DNA of 64,000 nt from Paraspadella gotoi (GCA_051294375.1 CM119264.1:18144321-18208320), one strand, 5' to 3'; counted from the stretch's first letter, positions 42,960 to 59,073 are shown. Program-made: numbers and translations. The notes: generated from the letters alone by a model not told the origin.

Positions 42960-45900
42960 CCATAATCTCTCTTTTTCTCTCTCTGATTCTGTTTTTAACA
43001 TAGTTTTCGAACCAAAAACTAGATTTAATTGTAAACAAAATTAATCATGGGGAGTCAAAAATATTTTTAAACAATATTTTTAAATTTTTAAAAAAATTTA
43101 CAGTCACCATATAATTAACAAAAAATTCTCATCTTGGTCCTCATTTAAAAAAAAAAATTATAAGGTATTTTTTCTTAGTAATTAAAAAAATTCGTTTAAA
43201 ATTTTGATTAAAATATTGATTTTGATTAGTGCAATATTTTAAAAAAGCTAATAACTGTAATTTATTTCACTATATACATTTATATCAATTTACTCTACAG
43301 AAGGACCAGTAGGGCCGAAGAGTTCTCAATGAGTTAGGGAAGCAGTCAAGTTTAAATAAAATAAGAAAATTAGGATTAATCAAAGACTAATAAAAAAAGC
43401 TTTCCATTTGTTCCATTTTTGACCCAGGACGTAATTGAGACAAATTTCCTAAGTACTATTTGGTTAACATTCTTATTTAGTACATTGGATTCTAAAAGCG
43501 CATTTTAAATTATATTTGAACATACTAGTAGTTGCACTCTTTTTTTTCGTCACGATTTTTTAATTCATCAAAAATAATAGGAATGTTTCGTTTTGGCAAC
43601 CAATCGTGCCAATATGTTTCATTTTGGTCACCACTGTGGTTGAATTATTTATAGACTCTCCATTAGCTTGGTCCTGAAAAATGCCCCTTTTATTTCCGCG
43701 AGAGAAAACTAAATTCAAAACAAAACTTGAAAAAAGTATTACAAATACAAATTGTTTACTATTATCTTTTTAATTTATTTCCCTATCGAATCTTTAACCA
43801 GATTTTTTAACTTCGATAAAACAGATTCCTAAATCATTGTTGCTTGTTGAATGTTCTTAAATATTATAAAAAAATGAGAAAAAACTTGTTAAATGGCCTT
43901 CATATCTATTACATTATAAATGTAAATACGCATCTATGTTTTAATGAATTTTAAACCTTAGCTCCTCTGGCATTACGCATAATAGGCTTTGTAATCCTGG
44001 CGCTCCGATAACAAATGGTGATGGATATTAAAATATATTTTGCAATTGTTTAAAAGAAATAAATTATCGCTCACCATTGTTGTCAGAACCCAGTTGTGCA
44101 CCCTCCACTTTGACACATTCCATTAATCGTTTTCAATTTGAGTGATGGATTAATTAAATATATTTTATTATTTCAATAAGAATATATCTTTAACTTTACA
44201 AAACAGTATCGCTCAAATAGGGAACACCCCCTCCTTTGTGATTAAGTGTAATGCTCATCCCAAAAATCCCCACGTATCCTTTTTTACTTTTTATCCATAC
44301 CAGAAAATACAAACTTCTAGTTTTTTATTTCTTTAGTCGATTAATTTTTAATTTAATAGTTTAATTATAAAAAGTAATTTTCATATAACAGAACAAATAA
44401 TTTTTATGGTCAAGATAAAGTTTGTTATCTCCCGTGGAGGTAATCTAATTTGATTTTAAACTATTTCGTTATCATTTCTTATATTTTTTTGTAGATTAAA
44501 ATCAAAAATTATTCATTAACACTCAAAAAACTCGTTTTTTGAAACAATTTACTGTGAAAACCAACCAAAAATCACTCTTTAAAATTTACGAACACCCTTC
44601 TCTACCAATGCATACAAAAATCATGGAATAAAAGCGCAATTTCCTCATAGAGATTACACTAAATTGGTAAGAATATTTTTACAAAGTAATACTACACCTC
44701 AACCAAAAACCCTTTTTACTCCGCCTTGAAGTCGAAATATATCTGGAGATTTATCTGTAAGAAAGTTTAAAAGTCACACCTTGTGTTTCATCTCATATTC
44801 TCTCTCGTTCATGCTATTACTATCCAATTACTTGTAAAATACATTTGAGAGGCGATTCACCCCCAAAAAACTTTTTTGCGATTGCCAATAGCTAAAGTAA
44901 ATAGTTAGATTTAATCAATATATTTAGTTTGGTATTCAGTTTTTTTATTAGTTAATATAATCGGGTTCATGCAGCCGAGAGTAGCCATAGCCGATGAAAT
45001 TTAAATGCTAATGTATACAGCGTTAAAATAATCTATCATGAGCATAGATAATAGTATTAAAATATTTTTTTTTCAAAACTGCTTTTTTCTGAGGGTACTA
45101 GCGTAATTAAAATTATTATTTTACTATATAAAGAAAAAAAAATTGAAATGTCAAATTTTTTTGATGGATTCTGATAAAGCATAAAAAGTTAAAAAAGAAA
45201 TATAATTATAGCTTTTAAAAATGTTTACATTTTCTCAGTAAAAATTAAAAAAACCGATAAAATCATCGTAAGATGATGATGATGACGACTTTTTAGTTTT
45301 TCTTAATTTTGACCTAATTATAAAAATATTTAAAAAAGAATTATACTTTGTTTAGACAACTTTTTATGAGCTAACTGAATCTGGTTTTAAAATTTAAAAT
45401 TTCTCTATAAAATTTTTGAAGAGACAGTAATTATTGCTATGTTTTAGTTACAGAACAATATAAGCTTTGGATCAGGCTGTAACACCGTGTTACAGGCGGG
45501 CTATGCGACCCGTCCCTCTTAACTGCTAGGCGACCACCGGGCCTTTGGGTTGGGAGGCGAATGAATTACCTCCGGCACCAATGGCCGCTGATGAACGGTT
45601 GGGGAATTTTAGTTCACCATAGTATACTTAAACATGTATAAATATTAGTTTGAGCATGTACTGACTCACCCCAATGAGTGCGGATACCCCTACCGAGAGG
45701 AAGGATCTTGCGGTTAATTTGATATGATTTCGTTACGTCTTACGCACAGTTTTATTACGCGTTATCTACGCAAAATCGAAGGACAGCTGCATGTTATTTC
45801 TATTAGCATATCAAACCCTCTAAATATAATTTAAATAACTAATATGGGAATACAATTTTAACAGGAGTGTTTTTAATAAGGATGATGATTGATGAATAAA

Positions 45901-46749
45901 TGTGCTACTCTAGAGTCTCTACGTCCCTTAGCCATATCTATTTTGTAATCTAAATCATACCGAACAATACAAATTAAAAAAAAAAAAGCCAGAGCATCAA
46001 AAATACAATGAATTTATTTGTACGATAAAACGAAACTGACTATTTAAAGTTTTCGCCAAAATGTTGCGACTCTTTAAACTCGAGGAAAAGAGACATCATT
46101 AGATGGAGCGACTGGATCCTACCGTTGTTCTTCTTTTTATCCTCGTGCACCTGAGATGATAAGAAGTTTTAACAGCGAGAAAAATTTTTTTAAAAATTCT
46201 GGAAGCGTTTCAACATCTTTTTGGAAGCTTAATAATCTGGATTCCCCCCTTCCCAAAGTAATAATAAAAATTGTAAGTATAGATTAGAAAAGTCACAAGA
46301 AGATAAAAACTTGAGCGCTTATTTAATTGGAATTCGGATCAATTGAACCACGTTAATAAACCAAAGCAACGCAATTTTAACAATTGATTTTGTTATCATT
46401 CCCAAAGTCAGGATCACCTAAAATCATTTAAACATATATTTCACAGCTTGAGCTTTCTACAACATCCAGTGAGAGGAATCGTGCGTGGTGCTATATGAGG
46501 TTTTATAAAGTTTATACAAAAATAAAAAGGCCGTTAAAACAAATTACAGTCAACGCCATAAAAGGTTCTGTTTTCTCTTCGAACTCTCCTGCTTGTTTAT
46601 TCACTTCTTTCAAGAAACATTCAAGAATTTTTTTCACTGTGATTAAAATCAACATCAAAATCAACAACAACAGGATCAATATGAAAAAAAAAAAACTACT
46701 TCCATGTATAAAACAAGATCGAAACATCATTGACCTCGCCCCTCCTCTT

Positions 46750-49050
46750 TTAACAGCACCCGCAACACCCTCCCTTCTTCTCTTCATCGTCGGGACTCTT
46801 GTTCTTCTTCCCCAAAATCTTCATCAAGTTTTTCGACATAAAGTAGGGCTTCTCGACGCTCCCGTCGTTCTGGTCGAGGTCCTCCAAGAAAGACAGGAAG
46901 AGGGTGTCGACGGCCATCGCGTAGACGGAGAAGAATCCGGCCGACACGAACCATGTGGCGATAATGATGATGATGACGGGAACCCAGAAGTAATTAAGCT
47001 CGACTTTGAAGCTTTGTGGAAGGAAGTGGTTGAAGGTCTCCGAGTAGTAGTAGAAAGAGAGTACACCCATGCCACCGATCACGGTGATTTTTCCGATGAA
47101 GAGAAGAAAGTCGACCACCTTGTCCAGCACCACGGCTCTCACGCAGTTCTCCAAGATAAGCATGAAGGCGCGCTTGGCCGAAGCACAAAAGTGACGCCCG
47201 TGGACGGCGCACATGATGTAGGCGTTGCGGTTGATAAACTTGAGAAACTTTTCAAGACACCAGAAAAAGCACTTCAAGCACTTCATAATGAACTTGGTGA
47301 CCTCGTTCTCGTTGTTCTTCAGTTTGCGATCCACGTATTCCAGCATGAGACGAATAAGCTGGACGATAGCGATGATTAGTGAGCCAAAGGCCAGCGTTCC
47401 GATATGGTAGCGGATGCAGCGCCAGAACGACGCCAGCAGCGGGAGGGAAGGGACGTCCTTCTTTTTGTCAAAGGCCCAGTACCAGGAAGCAAAAGCACCA
47501 GCGAGAGTCATCTCGCCCAAAGCGTGGATGAAATTTGTCAGCCACAGCAGGGCGAAAATGACGTATACTTTAGCCCAATCAAGATTGTCCACTGCGCCGG
47601 AGATGTGGCTAAAGAGCGGATCGTTAGGATTTGGGCCGTCGTGCGAGTAGATGCATTTTGCACCCGTGTCCCCGTACTCCGCAGCAAAAGTAAGCTTGTT
47701 GCATATCAGACCGTTCTGCACCTCAGTCGCCGGCCGGGAGAGATTGACCGCCCGTTCGAGGGTCGCATTAGTCGAATTACTAACGACAAAGATTTGCGTG
47801 GAAGAGGTGACTAGATAAAGCATGGTGGCCGTCCACCCGGCAAACAAGGCCAGCTGCAGCAAGAAGGGGAAGATGGGGAATATTAGCGTGGACATGATGC
47901 TCCCGACGGCCTTGGACGACTCCTTGATGAGTTCGATGGCGATTCGAATTCGGCTGCGCAGGAATATCAAGGTCACGAGGATGATGAAGAGGAAGACGCC
48001 GCAGATGATGGCCAACGCTAGCCACGTGTTGCGGTTTTGCTTGATGCTGTTTATGTCAAGGGTAAACTCGAGCGTCTCATCCTTGAGAGTGGAGTCGTTC
48101 ACGTATTTGTCGGCGCAGTAATACGTTCCGAAGATGAAGACGGCGAGAAAGGCGATGAGAGAGAGCCAAACCATCGGCGCCGCGATCCAGCGCATCAAGA
48201 CGATCCACAGAAAACACACCACACAGGCAATGCACATTAGGATTAGCAAGAACACCCAAGAGTTAGAAAAATCGGCCATCAGCTTATCGACGGTGCCCTG
48301 CAGGTCCATCATGTCCGTCCAAAATCGGCTGAGGGCTCCTTCGACAGTGGTAGCGTCGGTATCGTTAGAGAAAGCGTCGCTTTGATCTTTTAGATTGTTA
48401 TCGATCATTTCTTTGACAAATTTCAAGATATTTCCGGACCCACCCGAGCCCGGGAAACAGCGACCGAAAAGTGGCTCACTCGGCACCAAATAAGGCGCGC
48501 ACCTTTTCCCTCTAACGGCGTTTTCAAACTTGGTTCTGTCGTTTCTGACGGCGTCGTCTACGTCGTATTCGCAAGGCCACTCCAATCGCTGCGCCGGGTC
48601 CGCCGCTAAGTAAAAGTTAGTGATGTTGGGACACGTTTTCACGCACACCTGCTTCGTCGGGCAGGAAAAGTCCGTGATTTTTGTGATGGTCTTCAAGGGA
48701 TTCTTGATCCGGTCGGCGAAGCACTCGGACAAGTCGAAGAAATGAAGGTTGGGCCTGTCGACGAAGGACTCGTTACCCGAGACCATCCCGCATCGGTTGC
48801 CATTCGAGTCGACGGGGTGCAGCAGGAGGCGCGGGTCTCCATTGGTGTAGGCGAAGATGGAGATGACGATATAACCGGCGATGAAGACGACGAAGAGAAC
48901 GAGGCAAATGATGTCCGTGCAACTCCGGTTTTTGATGGGACCTCGAGACATGGCCTTCTCTCTGACCGCGTTTTCCTTGGAGGCGGCGGAACCTGGCGGC
49001 GGGATCATCTCCACGTCGGTCGACGTTATTGGCGATTTTTTTCCCATCAT
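46750..49050 (-). CDS. Choline transporter-like protein (SLC44/CTL family, CTL2/4/5-like), single coding exon, ~766 aa
   Basis: Uninterrupted ORF (the track starts at TTG 49080; first ATG at 49050). It has the RSCTDIICLVLF N-terminal motif, about 10 hydrophobic segments, RYHIGTLAFGSLIIAIVQ, CLKCFFWCLEKFLKFINRNAYI and MAVDTLFLSFLED..NDGS.EKPYFMS, all typical of SLC44A2/4/5. Confidence 0.96.
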   Translation of the reverse strand: MMGKKSPITSTDVEMIPPPGSAASKENAVREKAMSRGPIKNRSCTDIICLVLFVVFIAGYIVISIFAYTNGDPRLLLHPVDSNGNRCGMVSGNESFVDRPNLHFFDLSECFADRIKNPLKTITKITDFSCPTKQVCVKTCPNITNFYLAADPAQRLEWPCEYDVDDAVRNDRTKFENAVRGKRCAPYLVPSEPLFGRCFPGSGGSGNILKFVKEMIDNNLKDQSDAFSNDTDATTVEGALSRFWTDMMDLQGTVDKLMADFSNSWVFLLILMCIACVVCFLWIVLMRWIAAPMVWLSLIAFLAVFIFGTYYCADKYVNDSTLKDETLEFTLDINSIKQNRNTWLALAIICGVFLFIILVTLIFLRSRIRIAIELIKESSKAVGSIMSTLIFPIFPFLLQLALFAGWTATMLYLVTSSTQIFVVSNSTNATLERAVNLSRPATEVQNGLICNKLTFAAEYGDTGAKCIYSHDGPNPNDPLFSHISGAVDNLDWAKVYVIFALLWLTNFIHALGEMTLAGAFASWYWAFDKKKDVPSLPLLASFWRCIRYHIGTLAFGSLIIAIVQLIRLMLEYVDRKLKNNENEVTKFIMKCLKCFFWCLEKFLKFINRNAYIMCAVHGRHFCASAKRAFMLILENCVRAVVLDKVVDFLLFIGKITVIGGMGVLSFYYYSETFNHFLPQSFKVELNYFWVPVIIIIIATWFVSAGFFSVYAMAVDTLFLSFLEDLDQNDGSVEKPYFMSKNLMKILGKKNKSPDDEEKKGGCCGCC

Positions 49051-50950
49051 CAATTTTTTGTTTGTTTGCGTTAACGACAAATTTCAGGTTTGCGTTTAGA
49101 ATGATTCTTTTTCTTTTTCTTTTTTTTTTTTTTTGCTTTTCTCTCAAAACAATGCTTTCTTATTTTTCAGTTTTGAATTTTGATTCCGCATGTCTCGATT
49201 TACTCGGAATATCTCGTTATACTAAACTTGAAATATTTTTTAGTTTCTTTGTCAGTTTTCAATTAACACTCGTATTTTTATGCTGGTCGGTGTCGTCGTT
49301 TCAATGCTTATTTTGTTTCAATGTTCGTTCGACTTCGTTTCGTTTCGCTTCGGTTGTGGTAATTTATGGATTTTTTTTTGTTAAAGAAAGTTTTGTTTGA
49401 GATCTTGGTTTTTGTGTATTTTATTTTTTTTCTGTTTCGATTACATTCAAATCCGATTGATTTATCTGAAAAAATAAAAGTCAAATTTGCTTTATTCTTT
49501 TTTTCCTTTTTACTATACTACAGGTGATACGAATAAAAGATAACAACACTGACTTCCCCCTCCCAAAATGAGTTATTAGATATCATAAGCAAAAAATGTT
49601 TAAAAAAGTAATATAAATATAATTAAATAATATAGATTAAATAGTAAAACATTCATAAAATATAAAAATATAAGAGAGTGAAACAAGTAATTTGGCAAAT
49701 TTTCATATATTCTCCAAATAACATCCAAAGTGAGCAAACAAACTTTTCTTAAGTTTTTTAATTGTAGTGTTTTCATTTTCTCGGCAAACATGTCACGGGG
49801 CCCGTTACTCGAATCTCGCCGAAGCGAAAAGTCCTTCAATTCAACTTTGAAAAGCCAGAATGAAAAAAACATCGAGGCAATTTTTAAGAGATGCAGCTGC
49901 CGCGTTGTCTGCCGCGGCGGTCGCCTCACCTGCTCCAGATCAAAGAGGAAAAGAAGCAAAAGGAAAACAGCGGAGGGCATTGCAGAAACAGCTCGGGATA
50001 AGAACTTATCTCTGTAATGGAATTTAACACTACGGATTACGGAACAACATTTAAAGGAGGAATAAGGGACATTAAATGTAACAAACAGTTAAAACATTCC
50101 TATCCGAATTTGGGAAACTTTAATAATTCCAAAGAGATGACAAGCGAGACGAGAAGCTAATGATAAGCAAACATTTGCTTCAAAGGTCTTTCGTAAAAAA
50201 ATTCTCAGAAAATTCGTCATTTTAGCTTGAATCCTCCTTTGAACTCACATTAATTTAATTAAATATATTTAAATAGGTCAAATCGTTACTGTATGTTTTA
50301 TTATTTTCTCGTAAGTCGCCTCTTATTCCTAGCGCCAAAAAAGGACCAAACGAGGATAAAATGATAAACAGCAACCAATACGATTTGATTTGTTAAAGGC
50401 TTAAAACAATAATAATTTGAATATAAAATGCCGACTTGCTTATTCAAGAAAATGGTTCTCCGACATCGTCATCGCTATTTTTTTTTTTAGGATTTTTTGT
50501 TAAAATAATGTATATTTTCAATTGTGTAAAAATTTTATTTTTACCATGTCGACTGTCGCACTAAAATTTCACCAAGATGGATTTTTTGTGTGACTAATTA
50601 GGAATAAATTGATAGGAATAAAATATTAATCAAGAAAAGAAGACAAAAAATTCGGAAAAAGGAGAAGTTATATCCGAATATTTGGACACGTTATAGAATA
50701 CTTAGAAAAATTATTCAGCCAGAGAAGCTTAAAGCTTAACTTCCGCTTTGTGACGTAAATAACTTTCATCATTGACATTGTACAATATGCTATAAACTGT
50801 TTGAGGCAGTGATGAACGATTAGAAAAATAGTTGAAACTCTGTGGATTTTACTTTTTCGTCGTAAATGTAACCAAAAATCAGTGAAAAGTTAAAAAGACT
50901 TAGGTTTTCGTGACAAAATGAGTCGTGCGGAATATGTTTCATGACGTAAA

Positions 50951-51030
<80 letters not shown>

Positions 51031-51185
51031 TTAATGATTACGTCTCCAAGCTACCGAGCAAAACAGGTTATCAATATTTTTGGGAGTTGCATGACTAAAT
51101 TTCAGGGAGTCATGACGAAAAGGAACCAGGGATTTTTATTTAGAGAAGCTACTCGAATCAAAGAAAGAAAGAGAGAAAGAAAGAG

Positions 51186-51236
<51 letters not shown>

Positions 51237-52022
51237 AAAAAAGAAAGAGAGAGAGTAAAAAAATTAAAAAGGAAACAAGCATTGGGAGAAAGAAAGAGAG
51301 ATAGAGAAGGACAGAGAGAGAGAAAGAGAGAAAATATCTTTGTAGAAATTAGATAAGTTTTATCGATTGGTGGGATAAAATCCAGGATGTAACTGAAAAA
51401 TAAACCTGAGCCTGAGGATCGATTTTTGTCGTGAGAGGATTTTAATTCCCGAACGAAGATGGAAAAACTGGATCAAGCTTCAATTCTGTCCGTCAGAGGT
51501 TGTTGACCTCAATTTTTTCTTCCTTTTCGAATTTTTAAGAATTTAATAAAAGCATTGTTTATTTTTACAATTTATTTATAAGTATGTGTATTGCTACAGT
51601 TGAAACAGTTACATGCCGTGACAATCGAAGTCAAACGATAAATTTGAAAACAGTTCGATTTCATTATCCGTTTTGAAGTTTCTATTTCACTTTGCTAACT
51701 GAATCAACAGCGATGAAAACAATTTTCGTAACAAAATAATAGTAAATGGATTCTACAGTAAAGTTTTTCGAAAAAAAAAACAAACCCGACGGCCAAAAAA
51801 AAAAAATAACTCTTTTCTTAAAATAGCTTTTACGAACGTAAAGGCAAATTCTCCAGAGACTATTTTACACAATATATTCGTAGGGTTAAGCCGAAAAATA
51901 TTTAGCTTTCTTAGGTTGACTTTTTCGTCCAGATTTTGATCCTGTTGTTCTCAAAGGTTCCGTCGATTTCTCAGCTTTGGAGGACGCCAGCCTTCTCGTC
52001 TTCAACCTCCCCGACATTCCGC

Positions 52023-54499
<2,477 letters not shown>

Positions 54500-54653
54500 T
54501 TTCTTCTTGTTTTTGTGTGATTAAACTCGGAGACGATAGAGAGAGAGTGGGAAAACTAACGCGTTTCTAAGACAACGAAGAGCGATGTTGATTCAGACCG
54601 GGGCGGCGTTTTCCTTTTCGACGAGCCTCTCCAAACCCCCTGGCTCGGGACGC

Positions 54654-54660
54654 TTTTATA
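54654..54660 (-). promoter_or_regulatory. Candidate TATA box of the actin gene
   Basis: TATAAAA on the minus strand in GC-rich context, about 155 bp upstream of the actin ATG. Confidence 0.5.
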
Positions 54661-55503
54661 GGAGACGTCAAGAGGAGGAAGAGGGGAAGGATGAGGAGGA
54701 GGGGAAAAACGTGGGCGACGCGATGTGAAGCTGAGGTTGGAGAGATGAAGCTGAATTGGCTGAAGGCATTATTGATAAAAGTCTTCAAGATTTGCCAGGC
54801 CAGAACTTGCAGCCTGCTTATAACTTTATATGTCAGAAAAAACTTGACCGAGCTTAGAACGTTATTTCCCATCGGTATGTCTAAACTCGGGTATATTCAT
54901 CAATGAATGAACGAGACCAATTTACAAAAACAACAAAAAAACCAAACTGACTGAAAATTGGTTAAAAAAGAACATAGAAAACTTTGGGGGTCGATGAGGA
55001 TAACTTAGTCGTCTCTCCACAAGTATTTGTGTAACTATGTCACAGATTTTCTGACAAAAGACGGCATATTTCTCTAATACATTTTTTTTTACAGAAGTTC
55101 ATAAGAATTTATTTATAACTGAAAACCAAAACCGCTCTCATAATTTTTTTCCTTCCATATAAAGCCTAACTCCGGCGAATTAAAACTTTCTCGCCATCAC
55201 AAAATATTTTACCTTACAAGGCGAACGCGATTTCCTCTCGGAAAAAAAAAAAGAAAAATAGCGTTGAGATGTTTTCAAAATATCGCGAAAATGTTAAGAG
55301 ATGCGTAGCTTTGTGGAGGGGGGATGGGAGCAGGCAATTGGAAGATGTGATCGTAATTTTCTAGACTCAAAAGATTATAAAAAAGCGGGCTGAGATTATT
55401 TAAAGAGAATTAAATCAAAATAATCGCCGAGATTTATGACCGATCGTCCGGGGAACGTTTTCTGAATTCTATGAAATTGAATGAATTCTTTATTACTCTT
55501 AGC

Positions 55504-57648
55504 TTATTTTCGTTCGTTCTCCGCCTTGTATTGGTCATACACTATCGTAAATCAGTTGATGCTATATACACTATACATCGTTATGTATATCTTAATATAC
55601 AAAAAGAACAGCAACTTCTTCACATAGGTGATCCGACTAGGAAACTTAAAGTAACAACTTGATGGAACATCGTTAAACGAAAAAATAAACCTAAGTTTAA
55701 AGCATAGATTGTCCATACATTGTTTGTAAATAAAAATTAAAGCTAGCTTCTAAACAAAGAATAAAAAATAAAAACTGACCGGAATGTCAAGGATGCTGCA
55801 CGCCATGTCGACCGCCTCGGCGAGCGACTTGTCCCGAGGAATTTTCGGCGGGTGCTTATTCAGATGCTTCTCCATCTGGAGGCGGTCGATGGCCGGGGTC
55901 ATCATGAATAATCATTATTCGTTGATACAACAACAATAACAACAACAGCAACAACAAAAAACCGACCTCCGGCGGCCAGGCCTGCATGAGCTGATCAACT
56001 TCCGGCATGGGGTTACTGTAGTGCACTCTGGCTGGTGGGGCGTCGCGGTGAAGATTCTCCACGTCGGAGATCCAATCGTTGATGGCGTTGGCGTCGTTGG
56101 CGTCGATCAGCGTCTTGACGGAAAGGAGTTCCTGGAGAGAGAGAGAGAGAGATGATGATGATTACGATGATGATGATGATGATGATGATGATGAATGTTT
56201 TTAATCACACCATTTTCGCACTTTTACCTGCTGCCCCGTGGCGCCCTTGGCCAAAGCACGAAGCCGCAGATCGAAGAGCATGGGGTCGCTCTGACCGCAA
56301 GAGGGTTCATCTAAGACGGTCAGACCGAGAAGCTCCTGTTTTCCGTCGGGACGAGGCACTGATTACCAAAATTGACATTTAATTTAATAAACTAGGAATA
56401 AGTAATAGTTTCGTGACCCACTTTTTAGGAAGGCGTCTATGTCCCCGATGGCCGGGACCATGTCCGGAATGAAAGGCATCAACTTGTACTCCATCGAAAT
56501 GTAAAGAGGGCTGAACTCTAGAACAGTTGGAAAAAGGGCTTTCACTCCCGGCGTAACAGGAAGTGCCTCGTACATCGAAGGATCGTAGGCCGCTGTTAAG
56601 TTATTGATTGATTAATTGATTGCCATTTCTACTTGGAAAATAATATTCCATACCAACAAAGTTTTTGTCTCCTAAGCTTTCTCCGCTTTCTTCGGAAGTA
56701 TCTGTAAATGAAAACCTCGAAAAATTGAAGACCGATTTTTCTTTAAAAATCATTTTAAAAAGAATTGTAAGTGATATTTTACCATCGTCATCGGAATTGA
56801 ACTCGCTGTCTTGACTCTCCAAGCGCCAGTCTCCAGGCGCGATTCCGGTGCCGCTAAAAAGCTGATTATTCGAAGAAAATGTTTGAATTCATGGGCTAAT
56901 TTTAATTTTAATTACGTGCTAACTATAATGCAACTGACAAGTGTCTTTGGTTGATTTGCAACATTATGGTTTCAAACAATTAAGTTGGTAACGAACGCTT
57001 CTGAAAAAAAAAGCAAAGCTCATCACTAACGGTCTTCGACATGAAAGATTCGTCGCTGAGTCTGTGGCCCATGGCTGGTGTCTCGAAGTCTGACTGGTCG
57101 CCTCTTTTCTCGTAGCCTCGTTGGGCGGGATTATCGATCGACTCAAGGGTCACATCGTCCCCGAAGTGAGCGCCGGCGCCAGTAATGGCGCCGAACGCAC
57201 CTGGAAAATCGTGAGGGCGAGACAATAAGCTTTATTAGAAAGGAGAATTCCAACGAATAATGTATTAACGATAGTTAAGAAAGAGTTTTTTACAAGAATT
57301 TTTTTTATAAAGGTAACTATTAAATTCTTCGTATAATAAAAATAATGTGTGTATTCGTGAGATTATTGCATAGTATCCTCTTGCATACCCGCGGCTCTCG
57401 TTTGCGACAGGCGGACGCTCTCTAGCGTGACTCGATCGGGTTCGCTGAAAACCAGATAAAAAAACAAAGTTTGTGTTTTGACCTTTGTAGTTTTTAATTG
57501 ATTTTAAGTTTCGACTCTTGTCCCGTGCCACCTTCAAAACCAAACTATTGACTCACTCTTCATCGAGTTCGGCGGCGTCGATGGCCTCGTCGTAGATGTG
57601 ATGCGGCATCTTCCCGATTGGAGTCTTCGGTCGCTTCCCGTCCGCCAT
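55504..57648 (-). CDS. IFT46: Intraflagellar transport protein 46 (IFT-B core subunit), ~10 exons
   Basis: Exons (minus): 57648-57557, 57444-57389, 57200-57031, ~56861-56783, 56701-56654, 56592-56422, 56358-56228, 56131-55967, 55875-55780, and a noisy probable last exon ~55590-55504. Motifs: AYDPSMYEALPV, YKLMPFIPDMVPAIGDIDAFLKMPRPDG, LGLTVLDEPSCGQSDP, VHYSNPMPEVDQLMQAWPPE, CSILDIP. The N-terminal exons and the last exon are less certain. Confidence 0.92.
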
Positions 57649-58569
57649 TTTTAAATCGAAAAAATCACTTACTGAATGAAAAGACAGAAATTATTCTTCG
57701 GTAAGCGCTTATCGAACGGATAATATTTATTCTAGATTAATTCTTCTAATAAAATAAAAGAAATTGAAAGTCAAAGGTTGCATTAGAGTTATATTAAGGA
57801 CGATGATAATGATCATTATTGATAATAAATAGACCATAAAGATGATAATTAGTGATTTTAAAAACATAAAGAAAGGCAAAAATATTTAGAAAGCAACCAA
57901 ATTTATGGAAAATATTCAATAAAGATCCCTACCGGTAGTACTTATAAAGGCTTGCCCATTATGTCATTTGTTTTTTCATGTATTGATCGTAGACACATGC
58001 GCCCTCAATATTTTAACTGTTAAAGATAAATACATCGATAAAACAAAAGGCATTTTCCGGCTACTCTTTAAACTTATCGATTGATCTCTAGGCTCAGTAG
58101 TTTAAGTGAACACGTATTTACTTCACTTAAAATTTAACTTCAGAAGCACCAAAAAAGTAATCAAAGTGGTAATCTTGTTATTTATGCTGTTAATGCAATA
58201 TATAAGAGAAGAGAATTCATTATTTCTACTTCCCGGTATATTGTACCGGTTGCAAGGAGATATAGAGAAAGAAAGAGAGAGAGAGAGACAGACAGACTTT
58301 TTCCCATGTCATCTGTTTCGATTTGGGATTTTTTTTCACGCTTGTCAAACGTCACTATATGATTGCAAAAATCATTTCCGTTTAAACTTTAAATTATTTA
58401 ACTACAAAAGATGCACTTAAATTTTACTCGTGCTGAAAATGTTTTTAAGAAATACAAAAAAAAATTATAATTCGCATCAGCCTCATTCTCTTGACCTTTT
58501 TATTTCTCTTTTATCTTCTACTCGCTTTCTTACACACTTCTTATTTAAATTCTATCTACTAAGTACTAT

Positions 58570-58586
58570 AATTATTATTATTATTA

Positions 58587-58680
<94 letters not shown>

Positions 58681-58684
58681 CATT

Positions 58685-58715
<31 letters not shown>

Positions 58716-58732
58716 TTATTACTATTATTATT
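58570..58732. repeat. (TTA)n microsatellite
   Basis: Long att run; another at 23705-23860. Confidence 0.95.
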
Positions 58733-59073
58733 TCCCCGATTCGGTTTCTTTTCCTATGACCTTCTTCGCCCGATGCCCCTTCCCTTTCTCTTTCCTCCAA
58801 CCCATCCATCTTCCCTCCTTCAGCTCTCAATCCCACTTCCTCCATCTCCTTTCCTTCTTCTCTTCCTCTTCCTCCTCATCCTCCTCCCACTCCTCCCTCC
58901 GGCGACACGCCCTCCTAATCGTTTCGGAATCGGTCAGGACAGGCTTTTGTCGAGTGGAACATCTTTTTCTGCTTCTTTTCCTTTTCTCTTCTTTTCCTCT
59001 TCTTTTTTCTTTTTTAGCTTTTTTTTTTCTTATTTCTTCCCGGTCGCTCCATTTCCCCCGCGGTCTTCCGAGC

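Noticed and set aside
46495-47379. 294-aa plus-strand ORF
   Set aside because: Antisense shadow of the GC3-rich CTL coding sequence.
55156-55165. CArG-like box upstream of actin (ccatataaag)
   Set aside because: It has one mismatch to CC(A/T)6GG and is expected by chance in AT-rich DNA.
57001-57030. Apparent 30-nt GT-AG mini-intron in IFT46
   Set aside because: Using this acceptor gives an in-frame stop after six codons.
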